From contig NC_043019.1 in the NCBI RefSeq assembly GCF_006345805.1, positions 9,237,360 to 9,301,359 of the forward strand: a stretch of DNA of 64,000 nt. The letters run 5' to 3'. The DNA is from Octopus sinensis (lineage: Eukaryota). A program made the position numbers and the translations under genes. The notes beneath the pieces were generated by a model. That model searched no databases. It was given only the letters and a program-made list of their open reading frames with translations, and had not been told where the DNA came from. Below are positions 10,824 to 25,929 of this stretch, piece by piece (the first letter of the stretch is position 1; every line of letters starts with the position of its first letter).

Positions 10824-11784
10824 TAAACCGGAGTGCGTTTTGTACAAAAGAAAACCAAAAGGAAAGGTCCTCTCAGGGTAATTACTGCAGTATTGGTTGC
10901 TCTAACGGAACATTCTCGTTGAAACGGGAATAGATATTATTTATCTCGATATTAATAAGACATTTGATGCTAACATATAAAGAGGTGTTAATACTGAAAA
11001 GCGTGACATCTGATTGCAGGGCTTCCCCTAAGAAAAGGTAACCAATATTCCCCTGCAACTCCCATCAGCCTACCGTCATCAGGAAGCAACAACCGGCAAT
11101 TAATGACGTTCCTGTGATACACATCAGACTGGAAGTCACGGCTGGAGTGTCTTTAATCATAGTTTGTGTTCGATCAATACAATCTTATCAAGAGGCAAAT
11201 ACTTACAGATCGATTAACGCCAATCCATGAGCAACGACAAACGTCATCAACAGAGTCTCCAGCTCCCACCGCCACTCCGAGGAATGGAAGACAGCAAGAA
11301 ATGGTAAATACAGGAGTGTGCGTGGGAGATATGTGTGTATATAGAGAGAGAGAGGGTGAAAGGAACAGAGAGTTATAACCAGACTTATATAGCAAATATA
11401 CATATGTTTACATGTATACACCTATCGCTGTGTGTCCCTCTCCCACTCGAAATGTGTGTGTGTACGCGTCTGTGTATGTATATATATATGTACATATATA
11501 TGTATAAACACATACACACTGATGTATGTGTGTGTGTGCGTATGTAAAAATAAATGCAAGGATAGGGAGGTAGATATGGATATATAATATAAGGGTTTAT
11601 ATATACATACTTCTATATGCCACAAAACTCATAACGTAATACACACACACACACACACACACATATACATATGCCTATCTCTACTTACACCAACACACAC
11701 ACACCACACAAATATGTGTTTACGTATCTCTGTATAACTGTATGCTTGTATATCTAGCTATACGTATACATACATACACACACA

Positions 11785-11876
<92 letters not shown>

Positions 11877-12399
11877 CATAGTATAATACTCTCTCCGTTT
11901 GACCTTTCAGTTTTTCCCACCTGTCTATTGTCTTTCTTTCATTATCTCTCATTAGTGACATTGTCTTCTTCTTTTCCTTCTTCTCCTTCACTTCTTTCCA
12001 TTCTTCATTATCACCATCTTATTTTCCTTGTACAATTATTTCTCGTTCTTCATTTTATTTTTTATTTTACTTCTTTTCTCTTTCTTCTCTGCTCCAACTC
12101 GATTCCTTTTTCATTCTTCTCTTCCTTCTTCTTTTTCTTCATATCTTTTTCTCCTTCGACCTCTTCCTCACCATTCTCCTTTTCTTTCTTCGTGTGTTTC
12201 TCCTGTCCATTTCTTGCTTTGTTGTTTTTGTTATTATTGTTGCTATTCCACTCCCGTAAAGGAACATTTTTAAATACCACAAGTCATTTCGATCGATATT
12301 CGACGGAGTTTGCACCCCGCCGCCATTTAATCACAACAACAACAAAAATGACAGCAAACGCTAATTCTTTCTAGTTTTGGTACAGAGACAGCAACTTTG

Positions 12400-12550
12400 A
12401 AGGTTGGATGCAAGTCGATTATATCGACACTAATACGTGACTGGTATTTTTTTTTTTTTTCAAACCTCGAATGGTTGAAAGGCAAAGACTACCTCGTCAG
12501 AATTTGAACTCTGAATGCTGCTAAGCATCTGCCGAGCAAGCTAATGATTG
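12400..12550 (-). mobile_element. SINE family B, degenerate
   Basis: gtcgattatatcgacac...ggcaaag...gaatttgaactc...tgccagctcgcc, homologous to 22132-22370. Confidence 0.75.
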
Positions 12551-12574
12551 TGCCAGCTCGCCTCCTTAGATATT

Positions 12575-12830
12575 AATAAGAAGAATGCCTAAGTGATGAC
12601 AGGGTCAAGGAGAAAGAAGAGAAACTGAACAACTACGGTGATTTGAAGTGGGAATTACTAAGAGTGTGGTCAATGAGGAGAGTAGACGTGATGGCGGTGC
12701 ACTTTGAAGTATCAGCACTCAACTACCAACATGGCTGAAAAAGATCGGGGCAAGTATGAAGGTAGAACACCTACAAAAATCAGGATTGCTTGGAACTGCA
12801 AGAATTCGTTGCAGGGTTCTTGAAGCATGA
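12575..12830 (+). mobile_element. R4/Dong-like LINE 3' fragment (RLE C-terminus)
   Basis: Frameshifted translation SDDRVKEKEE-KLNNYGDLKWELLRVWSMRRVDV...LPTWLKKIGASMKVEHLQKSGLLGTARIRCRVLEA*; LQKS.LLGTARI is a typical R4-clade C-terminus. Confidence 0.7.
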
Positions 12831-12984
12831 CCAGAAAACAAGTGTCACCTTAGTCTGCTGGCCGTGGACAGCTGACCCCCATCATACACAGTAAAATAAA
12901 CTGAGAGCTTTCATCGAATAATAATGATGATGATGATAATAATAATAATAATAATAATAATAGTTTCAAATTTTGCTACCTTGG

Positions 12985-13163
12985 GGGAGGAGACAAGTCG
13001 ATTACATCAACCCCTAGTGTTTCAGGGGTACTTAATTTATCAACCCAGAGAGAATGAAAGACAAAGTCGACCTCGGCGTAATTTGAACTCAGAACGTTGC
13101 GGCAGACGAAATACTACTAAGTATTTCGTCCAGCATGCTAACGATTCTGCCAGCTCACCGCCA
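12985..13163 (-). mobile_element. SINE family B
   Basis: ...aaagtcgacctcggcgtaatttgaactcagaacgttgcggcagacgaaatac...ttctgccagctcaccgcc. Confidence 0.8.
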
Positions 13164-13167
13164 AATA

Positions 13168-13974
<807 letters not shown>

Positions 13975-14304
13975 CATATGTTGGCACAAGCAGCCAGCAA
14001 TTTCAAGGCTGGGGGTAAGTCGATTGCCCACTGCTCGACTAAAGAAGTCGAAGAAGAAGAATTCTCTTTGATTTTTGGTACAGAGCGAAAAATTTCGCAG
14101 GAGAGTGTCAAGGGATGCTATCGACCTCATTATTCGACTGATAATTTGTTTTATCGGCCCCAGGAGAATAAATGAAAGAGAAAAAATGAAGATTTTTATT
14201 TGGAAACCCGAAAGCCAGAACAACAAATGAAAAGTAGTTCATTCGATGCTCTACCGATTCCATCAAGGCACGGAACAGTCTCTTGTAATTATTCCATTTA
14301 TTTC

Positions 14305-14695
14305 TTGGAAGACGTGGCTGTGTTTCTCTTCCAATCACATGGTGCTAGGTTCAGTCCCACTACGTGTCACCTTGGGCAGGTGCCTTCTACAATGGCCTCG
14401 GGACGACCAAAGCTTTGTGAATGGATTTAGTAGGCGGAAACTGAAAGAAGCCCGTCGTACATTTATGTGTGTGTGAAGGGGTGCTATTTTATCTGTGGAT
14501 ATCCTTCACCAACGCTTGACAATCGGTGCTGGTGTCTTTACGTCCCCATGACATAGCGGTTCGGTTCAGGCGCCGATAAAATAAGTACCAGGCTGTAAGA
14601 ATTATTATAAATACTAAGGTTGGTTCATTTGACTAAAAATTCAAGTCGGTGCCCCAGCATGGCCGCAGTCAAATAACTAAAACAAGTGAAAGATG
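14305..14695 (+). mobile_element. SINE family A
   Basis: gacgtggctgtg...ggttcagtcccactacgtgtcaccttgggcagg...gccccagcatggccgcagtcaa. Confidence 0.8.
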
Positions 14696-15602
14696 AATGA
14701 TAAGCGTTGACGTCGAAACCAGAAGAATTCATTAAAACCCAAATGGAATTCTGTCTCGTGGAATTACTTCTGTCTCGTGGTAATGTTTTACGACATAGTC
14801 ACAAGACCCCCGAGTTCTGTGAGAAAATGGGGAGAAACCCCCGCTACGTAACTGGTTATACAGTCTGCCGATCCATGTAAGATGAAGGGCAAAGTTAAAC
14901 TTGGAGGAATTTGAAAATACCGTATATCATAAATAACGATTTCTAACACAGACACAAAGCTACGAATCTTGGTGGTGGTCGTGGAACATTCGATTTTATC
15001 GATCCCACAACCTGACTGATAACATATATTTTATTTTCTCAAAATCTTGAAAAAGAAACGGTAAAGTCGATCTTCAGCTCAATTTGGCCGGAAAATGCTA
15101 AGGGAGGTAACCCACACAGGGAGACAGCGTTTACAATAATGGAAAATAGTTCTTGTTTTATAAACTCCAAAATTTGGCGTTTTATCTGCTGAAAGGAAAC
15201 CGATATGTAATTATATTGGGGAGACGGAAATCTATGATTAAACGGCAGCTGCATCGAAAATGTAAAAGCTTTCTATCGGTTCTTCGCGAAGCCTTGCCTC
15301 CTATCATTCCAGTGGCTTCTGCTTGTAATTGTTCTTTTTGTTCTTCTTCTACTTGTATTTGTTGTTATTGATGTTGTTGTTCTTGTTAGTGTTGTAGTCG
15401 CTGTTTTTCAGTCTATGCTGTATCGATAGCCTCGAATCTGTCGGACACTGTGCAGAGGAAAAATCAATAATTTTTACCTAAAATAGTTAAAGGAAGGGGG
15501 CGGGGAGGAGAAAAGAGGAGGGTACGAATGTGAAGAGGGGGTAGAGAGAGAGAGAGTAGAAACAGGTAAAGAGAGGTTTAAGGAGAGTGAAACAAAGATA
15601 GA

Positions 15603-15640
<38 letters not shown>

Positions 15641-17039
15641 TATAAATACATGCATGGGGGAGGGAGGGAGGGGGGAAAAGCTGGAGAGGTATATTGACAT
15701 CGTTGATAAATACCCTGACTAAATGATTTTTAACATTCCGAATTCGTTCTCCGACTTTCTGTCTTCTTACAATTTTATTTTGAAATCCATCTGGAGAATC
15801 TTCACTACTTCATATCGATTATTATACCAGTAATACACTACGGTTAATAAGTAGATTTGATGAAATCGACTCCACGCATTCACTAATATCCTTACGAAAT
15901 TATTTGAGTTTCGTATTTATCATCGTCATAATTGGCTTGGTTGGACGTAGTGTTGGCCACGGCAAAATCCTTGGTATTTAATATAATACAAAGATCGACG
16001 TAATGGACTGCATCCCTCCCCCTTATTTGTGACCCTTGTGTTAGTATACGAAAATTATTTGAAGGTGGGTTGATAAAATTGTTTGAACATCAGACAAAAT
16101 TGTTTTAGGGTTTCTATTTCCGATCTGTAAATTCTCAGTTCATATCTCACCAAGGTCACTTTCGGTTCCCCCCTTCCGGGGTCGATAAATAACTTACCAG
16201 TTCCGTATTGGCTCCATTTAATTGTTTAACACCAAATTTCTGACCTTGTGCTTCTAATACGAACAATTATTATTTGTCAGTGGAGGGGAAATGTTCTATT
16301 TGAAAGACTCACAGACAAAATACCTAGTGGTATTGGTCTCGGCTCAAATTTCCCTCAGACCTACCTTACCTTTCATTCCTCCAGAATTTCATAATGTTCT
16401 GTGCCAATGCGTCACTGGATTTTTCCCAGTGAACCATTCCTTGTCCCAAATTTTTTTGCATCTTACCTACCGCTTTCACACCGTCAAGCTTTACGGTCTC
16501 GTATTTTGCCTAGCAAACAACGAGAAGGTCATGGATGGGTAGTCCTTGATCACACGTTTGTTTTATAAAAGTTTATCTGAAAGTAAATAACAACAGGTTT
16601 TTAGATCACAAACTGTTCGAAAGTGTGAAGCGCCAAGCAATCACTGTCCATGGTTCGTATTAAGCGGCCAGAAAGACGGTTACGTGTCGTATAAGAGGCC
16701 ATAGCGGTAGTAAGAGTCTCTGAAATAATGTTTAAACATCGATGCTGATGGGAGAGTAGTACTAACGATGTCCGTCACACATTCAGGTGTCCACACTACA
16801 CTATCAGACAGAGGATAATCTTAGAAATCAAAATTAGGATGAGGTGACCCCACAACGCGCGTTGCTCAATAACTTTACGAAGGAAACTGCATGTGGTCGT
16901 CTGTTCTACAAGAAATAGCTACTAAATTCTCTCAAATTCTACCCTACGGTCTTTGCAAAAAACACGTTTGAGAATGCTGCCATGGGTTTCCTCTGCACAG
17001 AGAAAAGGAATTCATCCAAGTCTGAATGTTCTTAATCAT

Positions 17040-17260
17040 AGGGATTGGCAAACAACATCAACAGCAATCTTCCCCCCACGATGTTTCACAGACGTTGTTT
17101 GGGTGATTCCCTTCATCCAACAAATTATTGTTGCACCTCTAAACGTAACACTAGTCTGCCATTACTCTGTCTTGATATTTGGTGACATCTATTTGGCGAT
17201 ACGGGCGAATTTCAAATGCTGTCGATTTGAATCTGAAGTACCAGACATATGCTGGGGTTA
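17040..17260 (-). mobile_element. Tc1/mariner transposase relic
   Basis: Minus-strand translation with stops: SNRQHLKFARIAK*...TTSVKHRGGKIAV, resembling RLKFA...PTVKHGGGS.MV. Confidence 0.4.
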
Positions 17261-18739
17261 CTCTACTCTGTTACCCTTCCCTTTCTCTTCTGCAAATATT
17301 CTCAAGGTCATCTGATATTGAGTACAATTAACGAAGAAGGTTAAAGTCGCAGAATCAATCGTTTCTCTTCTCTGCTTCACACACACACACACACTTTTTC
17401 TGACTCGCTCTCCCTCTTTCTTTCTCTCTCTTGCTCTGAATGCATATATACACACTTCTTCGCATATATTTGTGGAAATATGTATGAGTTTGTTCTTGTG
17501 AGATTTTTCTTATAAAGTTCTCAACGCAGAGACATATATATATATATATATATATATACAAACACACCCAGACACATAAATATGCATTTATATTCATGTA
17601 TGCACCTATGTGAGCGCACGTGTGGTTGATTTTATGAATGTATATACATATATTCATACCACATGTGGAACTACATTTAGTTACGATATATAGACAGCAG
17701 ATAGATAGATATATAGATAGATAGATAGATAGATGTCACAAATGTTTGAGAGAGAGGGAGAGAAGAGAAATCTAAAGAGCTACATCCGTAAATAATGTGC
17801 GATGCGTGTATACCAGCAGAACTGTATGAGTGTATGTCGACTCCCCTTTCATGCTGTGCAAACATGAAACAAGTCGTGGGTGGGAATTTATTGGCAACTT
17901 AACTAACACCCAAAATGTAATTAGTTTTCTCATTATAATGCGTATTTATACATGTCTACAGAGTCTTAGGCAAATATATATACAAGTATACATACACATA
18001 TATGTAAATATGTATGTATATCTGTGCCTTTTTCGTGTTATGTACGATGCATATAATGTTTTGGACTTCCGCCATGTTCACATAAAACGCTTGCAGACGA
18101 TTATTGTCGTCTGCTCCCTTCATTTTTAAATTACATGTCTTCATGGTTTTCGAATGCACTATAAGTAGCTGTTTTATTCGCACTCTAATCGGTACCCCAT
18201 TCTCACAGACATGCCTCATCACCAATATGACTATTCACGCACACACACAAACACTCTCACACACGCTCACACATAGACACAATATATATATATATATATA
18301 TTTAGACACACATTCCAACTCACACACATTTATTTCTCTCTCTCCCACTCTCTTTCCCTCTTGCTATATATCTAAATGGAGAAAGGAGGAGGAGGGGAGA
18401 AGAGATAGACAGACAGACAGATACTTGAAATGTAGGATATGGCTATTTAATAAGTATACAATTTAGCCTGACTGTGAAAAGTGAACGAAGTGGTCACACG
18501 AGATGTTTTAAATTTCCAGGAGTAGAAAAAGAGCTCATTCCGATTAATATCCAGTTTTACTTGGCCTCCATTTCGGGACTGATAGCCTTATTCTCTTCAA
18601 TCCACATTGGTATTAACAGTTTATAGCTATTTAGAGTTTATTCACAAACGGAATCAGCACAACAGCTCTCTTGAAATAATATAGCAGTAAATTCATTAAC
18701 AACATGGATTAATTAATCAACTAATTTTATCTATTATTT

Positions 18740-18951
18740 TTTACTTGTTTCAGTTATTAACTTGCGGCCATGCTGGGGCATCGCCTTGAAGAATTTTTAG
18801 TCGAATGAATCGACCGCAATACTTATTTTTTTAACGGCCGGTACTTATTGTATTGGTCTGTTTTGCCGAACTGCTAAGTTATAGGGGGCATGAACACACC
18901 AACACCATTTGTCAGGTTGTGGTGGCAGACCTAACATAGACACGAAGATAT

Positions 18952-19012
<61 letters not shown>

Positions 19013-19712
19013 CACACACACATGAACATACATAGGCGTGGCCTTGTGGTAAGAAGCTTGCTTCCCAACCGCATGGTTCCGGGTTCAGTCCCACTGCATG
19101 GCACCTTGGGCAAGTGTCTTTTGCTATAGTCTAGGGCTGACTAATGCCTAGTAAGAGGATTTGGTAAATGGAAACTGAAAGAAGCCTGTCGTATATATAT
19201 AAGTTAATTAGAGGATATATTAACCTCTGAAAAAGATGATTACATCCAAGGAAACACTGGTTTTATACCTTATGTGTTTGGGAAATAGATTTTCCTTAAA
19301 TCAACCGGTATATATCAAATATAGAGTCCGTGTGTGTGTGTGTGTGTGTGTCTTCGTGTCTGTGTTAGTCTCCCATCATCGATTGACAATCGGTCTTGTG
19401 TTTGTGTCTCCGTAACTTAGCAGTTCGCCAAACGGACCGATAGAATAAGTACTTCTTAAAACAAAAGAAAAAAAGGAGTACGGGGGTCGATTCATTCGAG
19501 TAAAATTTCAAGGCGATGCCCCAGCATGGTCACAATCTACTGACTGTAAAGGATAAATGAAATACGACGGCTTCTTTTAGTTTCCCTGCACCAGAAAGGC
19601 TTTGATCAGACTGAGACGAGAATAAAAGACACTTGCCCGAGGTGTCGCGTAGTGGGACTGAACCCGGATCCATATGATTTGGGAAATAAACCTCTTAACA
19701 CGTAACCACGCT
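18740..19712. mobile_element. Nested SINE A: plus-strand copy (19035-19550) inside the central microsatellite of a minus-strand copy (tail 18740-18955, head 19562-19712)
   Basis: Order and orientation of head and tail modules read directly. Confidence 0.75.
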
Positions 19713-20074
19713 TATATAAACAAAAGAAAGAAAGTACTCAATACATGTGGTAGAGTGTGCATCTGCAGTGGAATCGGAAGGTTTCTTTTATCGCTGCTCA
19801 GAATTCCTGCCTACGTGCAACACTCGAAGCGACAGAAAAAGATTCATCTGGAGTGAATCATCATCCAACAACAAGCTACCAATACACACACACACACACA
19901 CACGTACTAACATATACACATAAATGCATACATACATACGTACATACATACATATGTGTGTGTGTGTGTGTTTCAAAGCATTTTCTTCGTATTTTTTTCT
20001 GATAATGCCACCGTTTCTCTCTCTCCAACTATATCTGCTTCTCCCTTGTTCTCTTGCACGCATATATCTGTGTG

Positions 20075-20079
<5 letters not shown>

Positions 20080-20122
<43 letters not shown>

Positions 20123-20181
20123 CATATATATATATACACATATGTACATATATATATATACACATATGTACATGTATATAT

Positions 20182-20225
<44 letters not shown>

Positions 20226-20283
20226 CATACATATATATATATACACATATGTACATATATATATATACACATATGTACATGTA

Positions 20284-20351
<68 letters not shown>

Positions 20352-20383
20352 ACACACACACACACACATATGTACATGTATAT

Positions 20384-20439
<56 letters not shown>

Positions 20440-20829
20440 CACATATGTACATGTATATTTATATATATATATATAATACACATATGTACATGTATATATT
20501 TATATGTATATATACACATATGTATATATATATATACATGTATATATTTATATATATATAATATATATATATACACACACAACATATGTACATGTATATC
20601 TTTATATATATATATATATATATATACATATGTACATGTATATATTTATATGTATATATACACATATGTACATGTATATATTTATATATTTATATGTATA
20701 TATACACATATGTACATGTATATATTTATATATATTATATATATACACACATATGTAATATATATTCATATAAATATATATATTCATATATATATATATA
20801 TGTACACATATGTACATATTATTTATATA

Positions 20830-20876
<47 letters not shown>

Positions 20877-20880
20877 ACAT
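20080..20880. repeat. TA-rich cryptic minisatellite (core acacatatgtacatgtata)
   Basis: Direct inspection. Confidence 0.9.
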
Positions 20881-21498
20881 ACACACACGCGCGTGTGTTT
20901 TCTTTGTGTCTCACCATTCTTTCGAGTTATAATTATTCCAACCAGCAGAGCCTCGTTTAACTCCACATTCAAGTCAACCATTACATCTTCTTCTACATAT
21001 GTTAGCGATTTAATGCAGCATATATTTATGTAGGTAGGTGCGGACTTTTACATGTGGCTATGCGTATATATATATAATATGTTTGTATGCACATACGCAC
21101 AACAACTATGGCTCTGTGCATGTCTATACGAACGTAGATGTTTTAAATACATGCATATATATGTACGTGTATATATATATGTATGTGAGTATACATATGT
21201 GTGTGTATAAATATATATATTTATATATATATTTATATATATATATACATGTATATAATTATATATATATATAGACATGTATATAATTATATATATATAT
21301 ATATATTTAATTATATATATAGTGAAAGAGAGAGAGACAAGGTCAGAGGAAGAGAGAGAGAGATGAACGAATACGTCTGCATATTCTCAGATAGTGGAGT
21401 TCATAAGAATGCAATTAGCTGCCTCAGTACCAACCTGGCACTGTAAAAAAAGTACCATTAATGGAAATGTAAAGACATGTTAAACTTTGCAGCAGTTT

Positions 21499-21528
21499 CA
21501 CCTGTAACATGTATGCAAATTACAGGTG
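21499..21528. promoter_or_regulatory. Inverted E-box pair flanking an octamer motif (candidate)
   Basis: CACCTGtaa-catgt-ATGCAAAT-taCAGGTG; 9-bp inverted arms. Confidence 0.3.
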
Positions 21529-22044
21529 TAGTCGTATAGGCTTCTGTAAATGTTGATGTCTATATAAGAGAAATGAGAGAGATTGACACACGGAATGACA
21601 TGCACGCGCACAAAACAATTGCTTGCGCTTGTAGATGTCTGCGTAAAATAGTATTTCTCTGTGCCCCATAATGGCGCGGTTGGTGAATGAAACATGTGAC
21701 AGGTAAAAGATAAAAAAAAAAAAAGACCAACCTGTTACGGTTTGGCTACAATTTTATAACACCTCACCTTGATAATTAACACTAAATAATTTTGGAACAA
21801 GAACTACCTATTACACACAAAAAAAAAACAAGCATCATAAGAGTCTATAGCAAAGACAATAACTTCCATTATTACCGATTTGCCTTTTGATGAAGAATGT
21901 CTTTGGAACGAGAACAATGTGGAATAAAGTGAGGAGAAAGAAAAATATTAGAACGATGGAGAAAGAAAAATTTGAGATCGAATGAGGAAAGGAATTTTGG
22001 TGAAAACTAAGAATGAAAACAGCTCAGAAATTGAAATCCAACCC

Positions 22045-22560
22045 ACGTGAGGTCATTGTCTGGAACCGTAAACTGAAAGTATTCCCTGATATGATTGTTA
22101 TCTGCCCCCTTGATGTAAATGTCATTGGAGAAGTATATATTTCTTTACTACCCACAAGGGGCTAAACACAGAGGGGACAAACAAGGACAGACAAACTGAT
22201 TAAGTCGATTATATCGACCCCAGTGCGTAACTGGTACTTAATTTATTGACCCCGAAAGAATGAAAGGCAAAGTCGACCTCGGCGGAATTTGAACTCAGAA
22301 CGTAGCGGCAGACGAAGTACTGCTAAGCATTTCGCCCAGCGCGCTAACGTTTCTGCCAGCTCGCCGCCTTTCATTGGAGAGCAGACATCTACCAATTATT
22401 ATTAGAGAATGAAAGTATATATAAAGTTATGTATGTTGAGCAAAGTGTGGCTGAACTTGGATTCTTGCAGAAAGAAATTGGCTGCGTAATTCCTGAGCTG
22501 CATGGAATCCGATCTCTAAATCACTGAAACTCTGTAAAATTGTAACATCTTCAAATTTAA
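22045..22560 (+). mobile_element. RLE-type LINE C-terminal fragment split by a SINE insertion
   Basis: PREVIVWNRKLKVFPDMIVICPLDVN before the SINE; DIYQLLLEN...AELGFLQKEI after it. Resembles the fragments at 440 and 32676. Confidence 0.5.
22132..22370 (-). mobile_element. Full-length, young SINE family B with 10-bp target-site duplication
   Basis: tcattggaga at 22122-22131 and 22371-22380; head ggcggcgagctggcagaaacgttagcgcg...gttctgagttcaaattccgccgagg on the minus strand. Confidence 0.92.
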
Positions 22561-22821
22561 TGGGCGAATGGTTGCGTGGACGATGAATTACCTTTAATTA
22601 GATTGTAAGACACGCAGGTTTATCTGTTTGTTGCTCTTTGCTGACCTGTCTTTGAACATTGATTCCGTTTTCCCACGTTCAGAAACACTTCAGCACAAAT
22701 TTCGTTTGCTCAAACATTAGCCTCACTACCTGACTTCTTCCTAATGGCACAAAGCTAAAAACACATTAAAATTGAGCTATCATCAGCAACTGTTATGGTG
22801 TATGCATATTTTTTGAGACAG

Positions 22822-22889
<68 letters not shown>

Positions 22890-22896
22890 GTATATG

Positions 22897-22940
<44 letters not shown>

Positions 22941-23060
22941 CCCTTTGATATTGTTGATGTTATTATTATTATTATTACTATTATTATTATTATATATACA
23001 GTTATATATAAATACATATAAATACATGTATATGTTTACATATATATATACATACATATA

Positions 23061-23094
<34 letters not shown>

Positions 23095-23201
23095 CATACA
23101 TACATATACATACATATATATATACATACATATACATATATATATACATATACATATACATACATATGTATACATATGTATACACTTACATATATACACA
23201 T

Positions 23202-23243
<42 letters not shown>

Positions 23244-23777
23244 TGTGTGTGTCTGTGCATGTATGGATGTTTGCATGCATTAATTATATACACACACGCT
23301 CGAGATTGGTTTCCACAGAGTGTCCAGTTACAAACTTCCCCTTTTATGGCTTCAGTCAAGCGCAGGCTACAGTAGAAAGCTTAAATCCCCAAGGCCCCTC
23401 TCCACGTTATCGGAACTGGAATAAAGAGAATATCATTAATCGAATAGGATTTTGATAATCCTTGTTAATGAAGTCGTGGATTCTTTACACATAGGAAGGA
23501 CACAGATTAGTCAAATCTATGCATGCATGCATGTATGTATACGTGGTCTGTTTGACATGTGTGAAGTTAGTTTTATTTATGTCTATGGCTGGTGAGCTGG
23601 ATTTATGTGTATTAGTTCTATGCGCTGATATCTTTATCGACAAACGTATTGTTGCAGTCACAAATGCACTGATGTGTGCCTATGCATGCATAAAGCTCGA
23701 AGTATTCATTAAGAATCGAGGCGTATACAAGTATGTGCATACATACATATACATATATACACACTGATGTGTATATT

Positions 23778-23845
<68 letters not shown>

Positions 23846-24819
23846 CACACATACATACATACATACATACACACATACACACATACACACATACATACAT
23901 ACACACATACATACATACATACATACACACATACACACATACACACACACATACATACATACATACATACATACATACATACATACATACATACATACAT
24001 ACATACATACATACATACATGTGTGTGTGTGTGTGTATTTCAGTGTGTGACTGCAGAAAGACGATTGTGAGAAACTATATTTACCACATCTTTCGCAACT
24101 AGTTTTCTTTTCATTTACGAACTTTTACCCCAGAATATTTACAACTTAAAAACAATTTCCAATCTCAGTCAGAGGAGAATTTTTTTCCTTTTACTTGGTT
24201 TTTTCCATTTTGTCCAAACGGTATTTAGATAAAGGACTGGTTGAGGCGCAGGAAGAATAACCCGAACAGCTTCTTATTAAATGTTATCGCTGGGGACGAG
24301 CAGAAAACATGTAACAACACGCCTCCAACTGTCAGTACGTTTCTCTCTACAGCTGCTGTCGCTCGAAAACAACACCTAGGAGAGATACCTTCTCTACCTT
24401 TAATACTGAAATAAATCAATGCATGCCACCCAGGAGGATAAGAATACGAGATGAAAATATCAATAAACTGCTTAAGAAAATAACTGACAACAGAGGAATA
24501 GATGAGAAGATGGATGAAGAAGATAGATGAAAACGATAGGTAAACAGATGACAAAAGGAAGAGAGAGATACGGAGGTAGACTTGGTTATGCAAGATTGTT
24601 TATTGGCGAGAAAGCGCTGCCAAATTCTTTGAACTCACACTTTTGGCGGAAAGAGGAACGAGCGTTCTGGATTGCCTCTGGTCGTCGTAGGGAACGGAGA
24701 TGGGATAAAACGAAACAACAAAATTTTGCAACCAGACCATCAATTTGGTGCAAGGGGTTAAGTCGATTACATTGACCCTAGTACTTCACTAGTGCTCATT
24801 TAATCTTCCATTTGATAGG

Positions 24820-25370
24820 CGCAACTCTGTTCCACTGTTAGAAATTCTTCCAACGCGTCCAGTTCAACAGATGTGGGTCAGCTTCAACTTAGCAATAAAC
24901 AAGGAACTCTGACACGCTTCAGAATTTCGGTTTTGGAATTTCTATCTTGCCAATTAATATTTAGAATTTTCCTTATGCAAAATATGTGAAAATGATTGAG
25001 CTTTTTTCGACGGGGGTTGCGACAGTGACTAAGCTTCTGATCGATAGAGGAAAGTTGAGCGGATGAAAAGCATTGGAAGGTTTGATTTTGGACAGAACCA
25101 AGAAAAGACCACAAAAGAGCGTATTTCCAGGAACTCAGAGTATTTCTACGAGTTTAGGTGACAAATGACAGCATTGATTCGATTGATTTTTCCCTTGAAG
25201 AATGCTCTGGATGTTTGCTTTTGTTCCTCTCCCCTCGAAAGCATGTAACCCAGTCTGTTGCATGGTCCGCCAGTCGGCTTTTAAACCGGCAACCATTGGT
25301 GAGGAAGGTGATTTTAGACTCTCTGAAGGATTTGTCAAAAGGCCGATAAATTCAAAGTGCTTAATGACCA
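24820..25370 (-). mobile_element. RTE-clade LINE fragment (post-RT region)
   Basis: STFLYRSEA*SL / KKLNHFHIFCIRKILNINWQDRNSKTEILKR, matching the RTE pattern STLLYGSE.W..Y....KLN.FH..CLR.IL.I.WQD. Confidence 0.75.
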
Positions 25371-25849
25371 TCCAGTGTGGACATAGGCATATTTGATGTG
25401 AATATACTTAGTGGAATGTTTGTATTTTATTCAAACGAGGCTTAGAAGAAATAAATAAATCTTCAGCTTCACAGAATTAAAATTGGTGGCAGAATTGCTT
25501 TGAGGGTCAAGAGACGCAGATGGCCACATCCTGTCTGGGTGCACTGGAGGCCATGACACTGGAGCAGACATCGAAGGTAGAGTTTTATATCCTGGATGTA
25601 GACAGGCAGAGAGACAGACAAACAGACAGACAACGAGGCGGAGAGAAAGACAGACAAAAAGATGGATAGACGGTTGGATAGAGATAAATACGTTAATCCT
25701 GCGATTAGTCCCAGGTGTGTTATAGAATGAAACTAACCGCCTTTTGTTAGACTTATTGTTTTAATAATACACATCTGTGTGTGTGCATCTTCTATGTTTA
25801 TTTGTGTTTATATACGTATATAGATCTATATATGGATAAACAGGTAGAT

Positions 25850-25899
<50 letters not shown>

Positions 25900-25929
25900 T
25901 GTGTGTGTGTGTGTGTCTGTGCATCTCTT

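Noticed and set aside
11207-11274. Minus-strand exon candidate ending gtaagt
   Set aside because: The acceptor would be a rare GAG; peptide not recognised.
19220-19270. ctctgaaaaagatgattacatccaaggaaac hammerhead-like string
   Set aside because: Core has C3 with A8 (unpaired), wrong spacing, no stem I.
25425-25592. Possible minus-strand terminal exon with AATAAA
   Set aside because: Sits between LINE fragments, and the plus strand has LINE-like words (DADGHIL); more likely retroelement debris.
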